Shown: one piece after another, positions 11,052-21,976 of the stretch
Layout: every line of letters starts with the position of its first letter
How positions within the stretch are numbered: position 1 is the first letter of the stretch
The notes under the pieces: model-generated
The model's database searches: none
The model's input: the letters and a program-made list of their open reading frames with translations, nothing else
What the model was told of the DNA's origin: nothing
Translations under genes and position numbers: made by a program
DNA from: Desulfatiglandales bacterium
GTDB taxonomy: Bacteria; Desulfobacterota; DSM-4660; Desulfatiglandales; Desulfatiglandaceae
Length of the DNA stretch: 64,000 bases
Assembly (NCBI GenBank): GCA_963666345.1
Contig: OY762721.1
Span: forward strand, 2,912,001-2,976,000
Direction of reading: 5' to 3'

Positions 11052-12227
11052 TTAAACCGAGACCGAAGGAAGCGGTTCTATGGGTTCCGAAAAAAAGAAT
11101 TTTCCTTCCTCCAACCACTGCCTGAGTATCTGAGCAATCTCTTTTGCCATCATGTATGAGGAAAGCGGGACAGTTGGGACATCCTTGTCGGCGAAACGAA
11201 TCGAGCCGCTTTTGAGCTCTGCATAGCTGACCTTCCGGAGACATTTCGCTTCCCCTTTCGGATAATCTTTCCCGTAATCTATCAGCTGGGTATAGATGTC
11301 ATCATCTGAGACACCTGTAAAACGGGCGATTTTTTCATTCAAGATAGGTATTGGTATGCCGATTCCTACCGCCAGGGAGCAGCCGTAGCCGAGCATGCTT
11401 ATCCCGACCAGCCATTTAGGATCCATTTCCTTGAGCTCTCCCTTTACCATGAGTGTGCCTCCCGGTGTAAGGGGTACTCCGTTTGCGCCTCTTTTTACGT
11501 CCGGATTGTGCTGAGTTCCGGGGCCTATCACATGACCTATGGCACCCCCCAGAAAGATACGGGTTCCCATTCCGATAGTCATGTAATAGGGGTCGTTCAA
11601 AAGAGGGCTCAATTGACCCGAGGTCGAGTAATTGGCATTGCCCCCGTTAGGTTTCAGGACTCCCATATAGGTATAAACGGTCTTTTTTGAAAGATTTATG
11701 GCACAGTTGTAATTCTGGTAACAGTTACGTGGGCTTACAAGCGCTGCAAAGGGCAGGTCCGACAATGTGAGTTTTTTCTTTGCCTCTTTGTTCGGATAAC
11801 AGTCCGTGCCGTATGATGTCGCCCTGAGCTCAACCCTTTTCCCTGCCAGCAGATCCTGAATGACATGACCTCCTCCGTATTTGAACTGCCCGGGGTGCAC
11901 CATGTTCAGCGGGTCGTCTTCCGCAGGCTCGGTTGCTCCTATGTAGGTGTCTACGGCCGCCAGTCCGCCATAGGCGGGAACGCCGTTTAACCATACGCGT
12001 GAGGCCCTTATCGCAGGTTTTGTATGACCGAAATTTATGAATGCCCCGGAAGAACACATCGGCGCAAATGTCCCTGTGGTTACAACATCGATTTCCTTTG
12101 CAGCTTTTTGGGGACCCTTTTTCCTTACAAGATCCGTCATTTCATCCGCTGTTATGATTACGGCCTTGCCCTGTTTCAGGCGGCGGTTGATTTCCTGAAT
12201 CGTTTTGGAATTCTTGCGTTCGGCCAT
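11052..12227 (-). CDS. Homocysteine biosynthesis protein / aspartate-semialdehyde sulfurtransferase (DUF39)
   Basis: DVVTTGTFAPMCSSGA, GGLAAVD.YIGAT, YGGGHVI and SPLLNDPY motifs. Confidence 0.88.
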   Translation of the reverse strand: MAERKNSKTIQEINRRLKQGKAVIITADEMTDLVRKKGPQKAAKEIDVVTTGTFAPMCSSGAFINFGHTKPAIRASRVWLNGVPAYGGLAAVDTYIGATEPAEDDPLNMVHPGQFKYGGGHVIQDLLAGKRVELRATSYGTDCYPNKEAKKKLTLSDLPFAALVSPRNCYQNYNCAINLSKKTVYTYMGVLKPNGGNANYSTSGQLSPLLNDPYYMTIGMGTRIFLGGAIGHVIGPGTQHNPDVKRGANGVPLTPGGTLMVKGELKEMDPKWLVGISMLGYGCSLAVGIGIPIPILNEKIARFTGVSDDDIYTQLIDYGKDYPKGEAKCLRKVSYAELKSGSIRFADKDVPTVPLSSYMMAKEIAQILRQWLEEGKFFFSEPIEPLPSVSV

Positions 12228-12388
12228 AAGATGCCCACTCCCTTTGAGATGATTTAAGAAGTGATGATAGTGCTTCTGTTTTTACATGACAAGCAAAACT
12301 TAAGAACCATACTGCATGAATTTGACTCAGGCTGATTTATTTTAAGCTTGGGTGAAATGATTTTCCCTGACTAGTGTTTGTCACTCAC

Positions 12389-12460
12389 GCTATCAGCAAT
12401 CAGCTCTCAGCAAAAGATCCGTAATATCAACTTATTGGCCGTTTACTGATTGCTGACAGC
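12389..12460. repeat. Short inverted heptamer-array hairpin
   Basis: GCTATCA-GCAATCA-GCTCTCA then CTGATTGCTGACAGC, a 14/15 inverted match. Confidence 0.6.
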
Positions 12461-12737
12461 GACATCAGGAAATGAACCATTTCCGGATTGGCACTAACTT
12501 AGGTTTCGACAAAGAGGCCCCTTAAACCAAGGCGGATAACCGATTGAGGCCGTATTATTTGATCCTGTTTGCAGTCATTCTGTTAGGGCGCACCGTAATA
12601 GATTATTTGAACAGGATGGGGTGGGTGATGGAACTTATGCCGGTTATGCCCTGGGGGTGACCCTGGGGCGGAAATATTGACTTTCTCCATCCCTTCCTAT
12701 AACAATACCTAGAAAAATAAGTATTGAAGCCTGGCGG

Positions 12738-13565
12738 ATGGAGACAATGGAAGAGCTATTTGATATAGGCAACTACAGGATCGGAAAAGGCGGACCTTTT
12801 TTCCTTATTTCAGGCCCCTGTGTGATAGAAAACAGGGATATTACCCTTGAAACAGCCGAGTTTTTAAAAGAAACCGCCGGAGATCTGGATATCCCGGTGA
12901 TATTCAAATCCTCCTATGATAAGGCAAACAGGACTTCCGTTACCTCATACAGGGGACCGGGCATCAAACAGGGTCTCGAGATCTTAAGTGAGGTGAAAAG
13001 GCTTACCGGACTTCCGGTCATATCCGACATACATGGTAGAGACGAAATTGAGAGAGCTTCGGATGTCCTTGACGTCATACAGATCCCGGCTTTTTTATGC
13101 CGTCAGACCGATCTGTTGCTTGAGGCCGGCCGTACGGGGGTCCCGGTGAATCTCAAAAAGGGCCAGTTTCTGTCTCCCTGGGACATGAAACAGGCGCTTG
13201 ACAAGGTGACTTCCACCGGCAATCGGTCAGTGCTGTTGACGGAACGAGGGACTTGCTTTGGTTATAATAACCTGGTCGTTGACATGAGGGCGATCCCGAT
13301 TATGGGCGATTCCGGTTTTCCGGTGGTTTTTGATGCTACTCACAGTGTCCAGCTACCCGGAGGTGAGGGAACATGTTCCGGGGGGCAGCGTGAATACGTG
13401 ACGCATCTTGCAAGGGCTGCAGTTTCAGCGGGTGCTGATGGGGTTTTTATGGAGGTTCATCCTGATCCTGACAAGGCACTTTGTGACGGCCCTAATTCTT
13501 TGCCTCTCAGCGAACTTAGGCCCCTCCTTCGCGTGCTCAAGCAAATCCATGGTTTAGTAAGGTAG
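12738..13565 (+). CDS. kdsA: KDO-8-phosphate synthase
   Basis: GPCVIE, KSSYDKANRTS, QIPAFLCRQTDL, DATHSVQ. Confidence 0.97.
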   Translation: METMEELFDIGNYRIGKGGPFFLISGPCVIENRDITLETAEFLKETAGDLDIPVIFKSSYDKANRTSVTSYRGPGIKQGLEILSEVKRLTGLPVISDIHGRDEIERASDVLDVIQIPAFLCRQTDLLLEAGRTGVPVNLKKGQFLSPWDMKQALDKVTSTGNRSVLLTERGTCFGYNNLVVDMRAIPIMGDSGFPVVFDATHSVQLPGGEGTCSGGQREYVTHLARAAVSAGADGVFMEVHPDPDKALCDGPNSLPLSELRPLLRVLKQIHGLVR

Positions 13566-13708
13566 AGCCCCCCCCGGTCTCCCTGTTCGGTTTTCGATTA
13601 TGAGTCTTATCCCGCAGGGGGCCTATTGGATCGTATTTATGCATTAAGTTAACCCGCCAGGGCATCCTTTACGAAGCAGTATTAATTTTTTTGATATCTT
13701 TGAGGTAA

Positions 13709-14209
13709 ATGACAATGAGCGGTTTTGATATGTCCGGAATAAAAATGCTGATTCTCGATGTGGACGGAGTGCTGACCGATGGAAAAATATTTATCAACCC
13801 CAGGGGGGAGGAGACAAAATCCTTTAATACGAGGGATGGCCTGGGCATAAAGATGCTGATCAAAAGCGGGGTCGAGGTGGCTATCATATCCGGCAGAAGC
13901 TCGGCAGCTGTTGATTTCCGGGCAAAGGAACTGGGGATCAAGGAGGTCCACCAGGGTATAAAGGACAAAAAGGGCGTCTGTATCAGGCTCATGAAGGACA
14001 GGGGGCTCAAGAAAGGAGAGGCGGCCGCTGTTGGCGACGATATAGTTGATCTGGATATGTTTGATGAATCAGGTCTCGGAATTGCGGTTGCCGATGCCCC
14101 TAAAGAGATCCTCGATGCAGCTGATCTGGTTACAGGCAGAAAGGGCGGCGAAGGAGCTGTGAGAGAAGTGTGTGAGTGGATACTCAAAGGCCATACTGAC
14201 GGAGGCTGA
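13709..14209 (+). CDS. kdsC: KDO-8-phosphate phosphatase (HAD)
   Basis: DVDGVLTDG, GDDIVD, GGEGAVRE. Confidence 0.95.
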   Translation: MTMSGFDMSGIKMLILDVDGVLTDGKIFINPRGEETKSFNTRDGLGIKMLIKSGVEVAIISGRSSAAVDFRAKELGIKEVHQGIKDKKGVCIRLMKDRGLKKGEAAAVGDDIVDLDMFDESGLGIAVADAPKEILDAADLVTGRKGGEGAVREVCEWILKGHTDGG

Positions 14210-14272
14210 AAATGCCCCTTGAAAATAGGCTTTGCAGAATAAATTTTGCACTGATATACTCAAAATTCTTAT

Positions 14273-14845
14273 ATGAAAAGGTTTTTTAAAAGACACTGGC
14301 CGCTTCTTGCCATAGGCGCCTTTCTCCTGGTAATTTCTTTGTATGCCCTTAGATCCGGCCTGGAGTTTGACACGGAAAAACCGTCGGATGTGACATCTGT
14401 CAAGGAGGGGCTGACACTTACAGAGGTGCATTATGTCCAGGACGATCAGGACAGGGGGCTGCACTGGGTTCTGGACGCGACTGATGTGCGGCTCTCAAGC
14501 GATAATAACGATATCGCATTCGACCGTTTTACCCTCAAAGTTGACAAAAAGGATACGACCAGCTTTGTCCTGAAGGGGGATCGCGGGGATTATTCAAGGA
14601 AAACCGGGGTGATAAACCTGTGGGGCAATGTACAGGGTGCCTCAGAGCGGGGATATAAGGTGATAAGCGAGCATTTTTTGATAAATGACAAAAAAGGTTT
14701 TATACAGACCGAGCAGCTAGTCAATCTGAAAGGCCCGTTTTTTGCCGTTTCAGGCAAGGGGCTTTTTATTGATCTTGAAACAGAGGATTTGAAGATCTTC
14801 TCAAAAGTGCATACTCTGATAGATGAAAAAAGAATGAATTTGTGA
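14273..14845 (+). CDS. lptC: LPS export protein LptC
   Basis: N-terminal TM and beta-jellyroll-like body; synteny kdsC-lptC-lptA-lptB. Confidence 0.8.
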   Translation: MKRFFKRHWPLLAIGAFLLVISLYALRSGLEFDTEKPSDVTSVKEGLTLTEVHYVQDDQDRGLHWVLDATDVRLSSDNNDIAFDRFTLKVDKKDTTSFVLKGDRGDYSRKTGVINLWGNVQGASERGYKVISEHFLINDKKGFIQTEQLVNLKGPFFAVSGKGLFIDLETEDLKIFSKVHTLIDEKRMNL

Positions 14846-14983
14846 AGGGCCTAGGGCAAGGCGATTTAAAAGGTAACTAAGGTGCAGAGGCGTCAAAAAT
14901 TTGATTGAAATGCCCGAAAGATACAGCCTTACACCCCTGACGGTAAAGCCCTTCTGTTAAACGAAACCGGAGAAAAACCAGCT

Positions 14984-15517
14984 ATGAAAATCAAGTATCG
15001 CGTTTTTTTTTCTTCTTTCTTCCTGCTTGCATCCCTTCTGGTTCCAGGAAGCGCCTTTTCCCAGGTCTTGGAAAATGAGGTAAAAAAGGCCGAAACCCTT
15101 TCAATCACCTCAGATACCCTTGAGGTTAAGCATGACAGTCAGGAGGTCATATTTAAAGGAGATGTTACCGCCAAAAAAAGCGAGTTCGTGATAAATTGTA
15201 AAGAGTTGGTAGTTCGTTATGCAGAGGACGAACCGGGAAAGAAAAGCGGTTCAACAGGCTCCTACAGAATAGACAGGGTGATCGGAACGGGCAACGTAAG
15301 GATAACACGCAAAAAAGGCGGTGTGGCTACGGCTGATAAGGCGATATACATTCAGGAGGGAGAACGACTTCTCCTTTCGGGTAATCCGGTTATACATCAT
15401 GGAGATGACATGGTCGAAGGAGACCGGATAACGCTTTTTCTAAAGGAAAACAGAAGTATCGTGGAGAGTTCGGGGGAAAAAAAGGTCAGGGCGGTTATAT
15501 TCCCAAGGGGCAAATAA
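14984..15517 (+). CDS. lptA: LPS transport periplasmic protein LptA
   Basis: Signal peptide, ITSDTL, FKGDV, LSGNP and GDRIT OstA-like motifs. Confidence 0.88.
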   Translation: MKIKYRVFFSSFFLLASLLVPGSAFSQVLENEVKKAETLSITSDTLEVKHDSQEVIFKGDVTAKKSEFVINCKELVVRYAEDEPGKKSGSTGSYRIDRVIGTGNVRITRKKGGVATADKAIYIQEGERLLLSGNPVIHHGDDMVEGDRITLFLKENRSIVESSGEKKVRAVIFPRGK

Positions 15518-15529
15518 AAGAAGAATTCA

Positions 15530-16318
15530 ATGGAGCAACTCAACCTCCTTTATGAAAATAAAAAAACGGGCGGTATCTCCTCGTTGGTATATTCAAGCAA
15601 AACGCTACGGGCCGAAAACCTGAGTAAGTTATATGGTAAAAAGAAGGTCGTAGACGGAATAAATATTGAGACCAAGAGATCCGAGATAGTCGGGCTTCTG
15701 GGGCCAAACGGGGCCGGAAAGACAACCACTTTTTATATGATGGTTGGGCTCACGAGACCCAACGGAGGGAGTGTCTTCCTCGATAGTGAGAATATCACCG
15801 GTGATCCTGTCTATATCAGGGCAAGAAAAGGGATCAATTATCTTGCCCAGGAACCCTCTGTCTTCAGGAAATTGACGGTAGAGGAAAATCTTCTGGCTAT
15901 CCTTGAAACTCTTGATATTACTCGGGAAGAGCGTGAAAAACGGCTTGAATCTCTTCTGGCCGAATTAAAGATCTCGCATCTTGCCAAACAGAAGGCAGCT
16001 TCTTTATCAGGGGGTGAACGACGCAGGTTGGAAATAACGAGGTCTCTGGTCACGGAACCCGAATTTATTTTGCTTGATGAGCCTTTCGCAGGGATAGATC
16101 CTCTCGCAATCAATGATATCCAGCAGATAATCAAACAGTTGAAAGACAGGGGTTTGGGTATTATTATATCTGACCACAATGTGAGAGAGACCTTGAACGT
16201 TTGTGACAGGGCCTATATCGTAAGCGAAGGAAAGATAATAGAGCATGGGGTGCCGGAAGAAATAGTAGAAAGTGAGGTTGCAAAGTGTGTCTATCTGGGG
16301 GAAAATTTTAATCTTTGA
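15530..16318 (+). CDS. lptB: LPS export ABC ATPase LptB
   Basis: [31 protein letters not shown]. Confidence 0.97.
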   Translation: MEQLNLLYENKKTGGISSLVYSSKTLRAENLSKLYGKKKVVDGINIETKRSEIVGLLGPNGAGKTTTFYMMVGLTRPNGGSVFLDSENITGDPVYIRARKGINYLAQEPSVFRKLTVEENLLAILETLDITREEREKRLESLLAELKISHLAKQKAASLSGGERRRLEITRSLVTEPEFILLDEPFAGIDPLAINDIQQIIKQLKDRGLGIIISDHNVRETLNVCDRAYIVSEGKIIEHGVPEEIVESEVAKCVYLGENFNL

Positions 16319-16427
16319 TACCCGTTTCAGGCAAAGGAATATATCGGGATAGCTGATATCGGCCGGCGCTCTTTAAAAGGTAATAAAATTATTTTAACCT
16401 GTTTTACTAGGGATCAAATTTAACGAC

Positions 16428-17867
16428 ATGGCCTTGGAATTGAGACAATCACTAAGCCTAACCCAGCAGCTTATCATGACACCGCAGCTGCAGCAGGCCA
16501 TTAAACTTCTTCAGCTATCAAGGCTCGAACTCCTTGAAAGCATTAATGAGGAAATGGAGGCAAATCCGATACTTGAAGAACAAGCTCCATCCGATTCCGA
16601 GGATGACGACTTCGATTATGATAAGCCTAATGAGCCTGAAAACAAACAGTCCGAGCTTAAGGAGGTAACTGTTGAAGAGCGGGCCAGAGATGATGTCGAC
16701 TGGGAGAATTATATCTCCGAATACAGCACGGTCAGGGCCGAGACACCCTACGAGGAAAGAGAGGGCCCTCCTCTTGAAAACATGTCCACGACAAAGACCT
16801 CTTTGCATTCGCATCTCCTGTGGCAGTTAAATATGAGCGATTTCGATGATGAGCAAAAGGAGATCGGTTTTTACATCATCGGGAATGTTGACGGGGACGG
16901 TTACCTGGATTTAGGCGTCGAAGAGATAGCCCGTGACACGGGACGTACTGTTGAAAAGGTTTCAGAGACCCTTAACCTTATAAAACATTTTGACCCTGTC
17001 GGTGTTGCATCAACCGACATGCGCGAGTGCCTGCTTACCCAGACAAGGTTTCAGAATCTTAGCGGTACTATCGTAGAAAAAATAATCGAAAACCATCTCG
17101 CTGATCTCGAATATAGAAAGTATGACCGTATAGCCAAGAAACTTTCCGTGCCCCTGGATGAGGTCTATTCGGCCGTTAATATTATCCTGGGTATGGAACC
17201 GAGGCCGGGAAGCATCTTTTCATCTGAAGAGACCATTTATATAACCCCGGATATCTATGTTTTTAAGGTGGGCGATGATTATGAAATCGTTCAGAATGAA
17301 GACGGAATGCCCAAGCTGCGGATAAATTCCTATTATAAGGAGGTGCTAAGCAACAAGGCCGCTCTTTCCGATAATGTCAAGGATTATATACATGAAAAGT
17401 TGAGATCGGCGGCGTGGCTCATAAAGAGCATTCATCAGAGGCAGAGGACCATATTTAAGGTCACGGAAAGCATTATCAAATTTCAGAGAGATTTTCTGGA
17501 CAATGGAATAACCAGCCTTAAACCGCTTGTGCTGAGAGATGTGGCGGAAGATATCGAGATGCATGAATCTACCGTCAGCAGGGTTACAACCAACAAATAT
17601 GTCCACACACCTCAAGGCCTTTTTGAGCTCAAATTTTTCTTTAACAGCTCTATAAGCAGTATCGAGGGAGACGCCGTTGCATCGGAGAGCGTAAAGGCGC
17701 ATATAAAAAACATCATAAAAGCGGAGAACAAAGCAAAACCCTACAGCGATCAGGACGTGGCTGATTTGCTTAAGAACCTGAATATAAAGGTGGCTCGCAG
17801 GACCGTCGCCAAGTATAGAGAGACGATGGGGATACTTCCATCAAGAAGGAGAAAGACCCCATACTGA
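16428..17867 (+). CDS. rpoN: RNA polymerase sigma-54 factor
   Basis: TPQLQQAIKLLQL, HESTVSRV and the RpoN box ARRTVAKYRE. Confidence 0.98.
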   Translation: MALELRQSLSLTQQLIMTPQLQQAIKLLQLSRLELLESINEEMEANPILEEQAPSDSEDDDFDYDKPNEPENKQSELKEVTVEERARDDVDWENYISEYSTVRAETPYEEREGPPLENMSTTKTSLHSHLLWQLNMSDFDDEQKEIGFYIIGNVDGDGYLDLGVEEIARDTGRTVEKVSETLNLIKHFDPVGVASTDMRECLLTQTRFQNLSGTIVEKIIENHLADLEYRKYDRIAKKLSVPLDEVYSAVNIILGMEPRPGSIFSSEETIYITPDIYVFKVGDDYEIVQNEDGMPKLRINSYYKEVLSNKAALSDNVKDYIHEKLRSAAWLIKSIHQRQRTIFKVTESIIKFQRDFLDNGITSLKPLVLRDVAEDIEMHESTVSRVTTNKYVHTPQGLFELKFFFNSSISSIEGDAVASESVKAHIKNIIKAENKAKPYSDQDVADLLKNLNIKVARRTVAKYRETMGILPSRRRKTPY

Positions 17868-17931
17868 GGATTTCGAGCCACCCACACGGGCCTGGTTTAG
17901 CTGTTTTAATCCCTGGCTTTAGGAGGTTTAA

Positions 17932-18471
17932 ATGGAAATAACCGTAACATTCAGACACACTGAACCGATGGAAAGCCTTAAGAAATATGCAGAGGAAAAG
18001 GTATCAAAATTAAAAAAGTATCTTGATATCCCTGTGGAGGCTCATATAGTCCTTAGCGTGGAGAAATTCAGGCATCAGGCGGATATAACCCTCAGCCTGA
18101 ACGGGACAAGGATCAAGGCTGTAGAGGAAACAGAGGATATGTATTCCGCTATTGATCAGGTCATGGACAAGATCGAGAAACAGGTAAAGAGACATATCTC
18201 CAAGACAAGGGACCACAGGCCGGAAAGTACAAGGGATGAGGACAGTTCAATGAACGATCTGGCTGAGCAGGATTCGGTTCTGGCCCAGGACGAGCCTGTT
18301 ATTGAGGTGGAAAAGATGGTGGCAAAGCCGATGGACCCTGAAGAGGCCGCCATGCAGCTCAACTTGTCAAAACAGGATTTCCTGGTTTTCAGAAATTCAA
18401 GGTCCAATGAGATAAATGTTATCTACAGGCGGGGAGATAACGATCTGAAACTGATAGAGCCGGGTAATTAG
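17932..18471 (+). CDS. hpf: Ribosome hibernation promoting factor (long form)
   Basis: DMYSAID motif and C-terminal KPMDPEEAAMQL domain; follows rpoN. Confidence 0.93.
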   Translation: MEITVTFRHTEPMESLKKYAEEKVSKLKKYLDIPVEAHIVLSVEKFRHQADITLSLNGTRIKAVEETEDMYSAIDQVMDKIEKQVKRHISKTRDHRPESTRDEDSSMNDLAEQDSVLAQDEPVIEVEKMVAKPMDPEEAAMQLNLSKQDFLVFRNSRSNEINVIYRRGDNDLKLIEPGN

Positions 18472-18612
18472 AATCAGGCTGTTGTTATACGGCTGAGCTG
18501 TTTGCTCAGCCCTGTCTTTTATTTTTTTCTGCGGAAGATATATATGCACGCTTTTATTCTTCTGCGACTCCCGCATTTGGGGGGGGGGAATCCACGTTAC
18601 AGGTCTATAAAG

Positions 18613-19074
18613 ATGAAATTAGGCGATATCATAAGAGAAGATTTTATAATTCCCGAATTAAGAGCAAAGGACAAGAAGGGAGTATTGGAAGAATTGGCCG
18701 AGGTTATCTGCAGCCACGGTGAATCGATTGAGAAGGCCTCTCTTGTCAAAGTCCTTGTGGAAAGGGAACGTCTCGGCACGACCGGAATAGGTGACGGGGT
18801 TGCAATCCCTCATGGAAAGCTGCCTGATCTGGATCAGCCGGTCGTGTCTTTCGGCAGATCCAAAAAGGATCTCGATTTTGACGCGATCGACGGTCAGCCC
18901 GTGCACCTTTTCTTTCTTCTTGTAGCACCGGAGAATTCTTCGGGTGCGCATCTTCAGGTACTTGCAAAGATAGCAAGAATACTTAAGAATAGTGCATTCA
19001 GAAAAAGGCTTTTAGAGGCCGAGACCAGACAGGATATTTATCAAACGATCATTCAAACCGACGAAGAAACTTAG
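18613..19074 (+). CDS. ptsN: PTS IIA(Ntr)-like protein
   Basis: RERLGTTGIGDGVAIPH; start moved to the ATG at 18613. Confidence 0.9.
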   Translation: MKLGDIIREDFIIPELRAKDKKGVLEELAEVICSHGESIEKASLVKVLVERERLGTTGIGDGVAIPHGKLPDLDQPVVSFGRSKKDLDFDAIDGQPVHLFFLLVAPENSSGAHLQVLAKIARILKNSAFRKRLLEAETRQDIYQTIIQTDEET

Positions 19075-19092
19075 CGTTGTATAAGGGATATC

Positions 19093-19494
19093 ATGATCGG
19101 ACTGCTTATTATTTCGCATTGTGACCTGGGCAAGGAGTTCCTGAATGCGGCAGAACTCATTTTAGGCAAGATTGAAAATGCCGATGCCATTTCCATAACC
19201 CAGACAACTGAGAGCGAGGAGAAGCTTAAGGAAATATCGGATAAAATAGGTGCCCTGGACAAAGGTAAGGGGGTGCTTGTTATGACGGATATGTTTGGCG
19301 GGACACCTTCAAACCTGAGCCTTTCTTTCCTGAAGGAAGAGAGGGTTGAAGTCCTTACCGGTATAAATCTGCCGATGCTCGTGGCTGTTGCACAGGATAG
19401 GAAAAGGCTTAACCTGAGCGAATTGGGAGAAAAGGCTCAACTGGCCGGCAGAAGAAGCATCGCGCTTGCAGGGAAATTGCTCAAGCCGGAATGA
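19093..19494 (+). CDS. PTS mannose/fructose-family EIIA component
   Basis: IISH, TDMFGGTPSN, TGINLPM. Confidence 0.9.
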   Translation: MIGLLIISHCDLGKEFLNAAELILGKIENADAISITQTTESEEKLKEISDKIGALDKGKGVLVMTDMFGGTPSNLSLSFLKEERVEVLTGINLPMLVAVAQDRKRLNLSELGEKAQLAGRRSIALAGKLLKPE

Positions 19495-19985
19495 TCACGC
19501 TGGTTGAAATAGATGCGGGCAACCTTTCGGGATTTCAGAAAGATATAATGAAAATCGAAAGGTCCTCTTTCCCTTCACCCTGGAGTTTAAGGGCGTTTTG
19601 GGAGGAGGTGCGCAACCCCCTGGCTTACTTTTTGGGGATGAAGTTTTCCGACAGATTTGCCGGTTATGCCTGCTTCTGGATGTTTTGTTCCGAGCTTCAT
19701 CTTCTCAATTTTGCCGTTAGAGGCGAATTCAGGGGTCAGGGCCTTGGGTCCTATCTCCTGAAGGTTATAATTGACAACGCAGTCGAACGTAAAGTGGAGA
19801 AGGCCTGGCTTGAGGTCAGGCCTTCCAACACCCCGGCCAGGAAGCTTTACAAAAAGGCCGGTTTTAAGGAAATAGCACGTAGGCCGCGTTATTACAGCGA
19901 TACCGATGAAGATGCCATTGTGATGTCGCTCGGCCTTGACGAAGAATTTTTAAATCATATAGAACCGCTCCAGGACTCTTGCTGA
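19491..19985 (+). CDS. rimI: Ribosomal-protein-alanine N-acetyltransferase
   Basis: SFPSPWS, FRGQGLG, LEVRPSN, RPRYY, EDAIVM. Confidence 0.9.
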   Translation: MITLVEIDAGNLSGFQKDIMKIERSSFPSPWSLRAFWEEVRNPLAYFLGMKFSDRFAGYACFWMFCSELHLLNFAVRGEFRGQGLGSYLLKVIIDNAVERKVEKAWLEVRPSNTPARKLYKKAGFKEIARRPRYYSDTDEDAIVMSLGLDEEFLNHIEPLQDSC

Positions 19986-20035
19986 TCAACAGATGAAGTC
20001 GAGAGGGTTCTTTTCAATTTCAAGGAGGAAAAGAG

Positions 20036-21034
20036 ATGTCGTTAAAGGTGGCAATCAATGGTTTCGGACGAATAGGCAGGATGGTCTTCAGGGCGGGATA
20101 TAAAAACGGCGATATCGATTTTATGGCAATAAATGATCTTACCGATCCCAGAACGCTCGCATATCTGCTTAAACATGATTCCGTCCATGGCGTATTGGAT
20201 TCGGAAATTACAAGTACGGATCACTCGATAATCGTTGACGGAAAAGAGATAGAGATCCTATCGCAAAGAGATCCCGCGGCGCTTCCCTGGGGCGAGCTGG
20301 GAGTGGAGACGGTTTTTGAGTGTACCGGTCTTTTCAGGGAGAGGGACAAGGCAGCTGCTCACCTGGAAGCGGGCGCGAAAAAAGTGATTATATCTGCACC
20401 GGCCAAAGGCCCTGATGTCACCATTGTCATGGGGGTCAACCATGAAGAATACGACCCTGAAAAACACCATGTAATATCTAATGCCTCCTGCACCACAAAC
20501 TGCCTCGCGCCGTGCTGCAAGGTCCTTCTGGACAGCTTTGGTATTGAAAAGGGGCTTATGACGACGACTCATTCCTATACCGGGGATCAGAGACTTCTGG
20601 ACTTCCCGCACAAGGACCTTAGAAGGGCGAGGGCGGCGGCGCTTTCCATGATACCGACTACGACCGGGGCGGCAAAGGCTGTATCACTAGTTCTGCCTCA
20701 GCTTAAAGGCAAACTTAACGGTATGGCCATCAGGGTTCCTACTCCGAATGTCTCTGTCGTTGATCTGGTCGCCCAGCTCGGTAAACCGGCATCAGTAGAA
20801 GAGATCAATAATGCCTTCAAAGAGGCCTCTGAAAATGAACTAAAGGGAATCCTCGCATATAGTGAGGAACCTCTCGTGTCTTCGGATTTCAACGGAACCA
20901 CGGTTTCCTCCACTGTAGACGGGCTTTGCACTATGGTCACGGGTGATATGGTCAAGGTGCTGGCCTGGTATGACAATGAATTCGGCTATTCCAGCCGCAT
21001 GGTTGATCTTGCCTTATACATGGCGGGTAAATAG
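20036..21034 (+). CDS. gap: Glyceraldehyde-3-phosphate dehydrogenase type I
   Basis: [26 protein letters not shown]. Confidence 0.98.
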   Translation: MSLKVAINGFGRIGRMVFRAGYKNGDIDFMAINDLTDPRTLAYLLKHDSVHGVLDSEITSTDHSIIVDGKEIEILSQRDPAALPWGELGVETVFECTGLFRERDKAAAHLEAGAKKVIISAPAKGPDVTIVMGVNHEEYDPEKHHVISNASCTTNCLAPCCKVLLDSFGIEKGLMTTTHSYTGDQRLLDFPHKDLRRARAAALSMIPTTTGAAKAVSLVLPQLKGKLNGMAIRVPTPNVSVVDLVAQLGKPASVEEINNAFKEASENELKGILAYSEEPLVSSDFNGTTVSSTVDGLCTMVTGDMVKVLAWYDNEFGYSSRMVDLALYMAGK

Positions 21035-21084
21035 GCCGGTAACAGGGAATTATTGCGGGCAGCGCCAGATTAGGGAGTTATCAT

Positions 21085-21849
21085 ATGACAGACCGAAGAC
21101 CGATGATCGCGGGCAACTGGAAGATGAACCTGGGCGGGGATGAGGCTGCGGTCCTTGTAAAAGATATATCTGAAGGCATAAAAGGGGTTCAAGGTGTTGA
21201 AGTCCTGGTAGCCCCCCCGTTTACGCTTTTGCAAACGGTAAGGGAGGCGATAGGAAGCTCGCCTGTTTTCCTGGCCGGGCAGAACATGCACTGGGAGCCC
21301 AGAGGTGCCTTTACCGGCGAGATTTCAGGAAGGATGCTTCAGGAGTCAGGTTGCACCCACGTCATACTGGGGCACTCGGAAAGGCGAAGCCTTTTTGGTG
21401 AGACCAGTGAAGATATAGACAAAAAGGCAAAGACAGCGGTCCTTTTAGGCCTTATCCCGGTCATCTGCATAGGTGAAACCCTGGAAGAGCGTGAGACCGG
21501 AAGGACTTTTAAGGTTATCAAGGATCAGCTTGACAGGTCTCTTGCCAATTTTATAAAGGACGGTCTGCTTCTGCCTTCCACGATCCTTGCGTATGAACCG
21601 GTCTGGGCCATAGGCACCGGTAAAACCGCCACTCCTGAGCAGGCTCAGGATGTCCATTCTTTTATAAGAAAATGGGTGGCGGATAATTTCAATACCGGCA
21701 CTGCCCAGCATGTGAGGATTCTTTACGGGGGAAGCGTCAAGCCCTCAAACGTCTCTGAGCTGATGTCTCAGACCGATATAGACGGGGCACTGGTGGGCGG
21801 GGCAAGCCTGACGGCTGATAATTTTATCCCTATTGTCTGCTATAAATAG
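21085..21849 (+). CDS. tpiA: Triosephosphate isomerase
   Basis: AGNWKMN, GHSERR, AYEPVWAIGTG, YGGSV. Confidence 0.98.
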   Translation: MTDRRPMIAGNWKMNLGGDEAAVLVKDISEGIKGVQGVEVLVAPPFTLLQTVREAIGSSPVFLAGQNMHWEPRGAFTGEISGRMLQESGCTHVILGHSERRSLFGETSEDIDKKAKTAVLLGLIPVICIGETLEERETGRTFKVIKDQLDRSLANFIKDGLLLPSTILAYEPVWAIGTGKTATPEQAQDVHSFIRKWVADNFNTGTAQHVRILYGGSVKPSNVSELMSQTDIDGALVGGASLTADNFIPIVCYK

Positions 21850-21901
21850 TCCAATCAGGCTTTTCGGCTTATTTTATTTTGTTTTCGGGGCATGTTTTCT
21901 A

Positions 21902-21929
21902 TTGCAAAAAAAATAATTTCAGGTACAAT
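21902..21929 (+). promoter_or_regulatory. Putative sigma70 promoter for secG-tRNA
   Basis: TTGCAA-N16-TACAAT upstream of secG. Confidence 0.4.
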
Positions 21930-21976
21930 GCAGTGCTTTAAATAAATATCCCCCGGCAAACGTTTCTGAGGTTTTT

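Noticed and set aside
14845..14952. Possible degraded heptamer hairpin between lptC and lptA
   Set aside because: The periodicity is too weak to support by eye.
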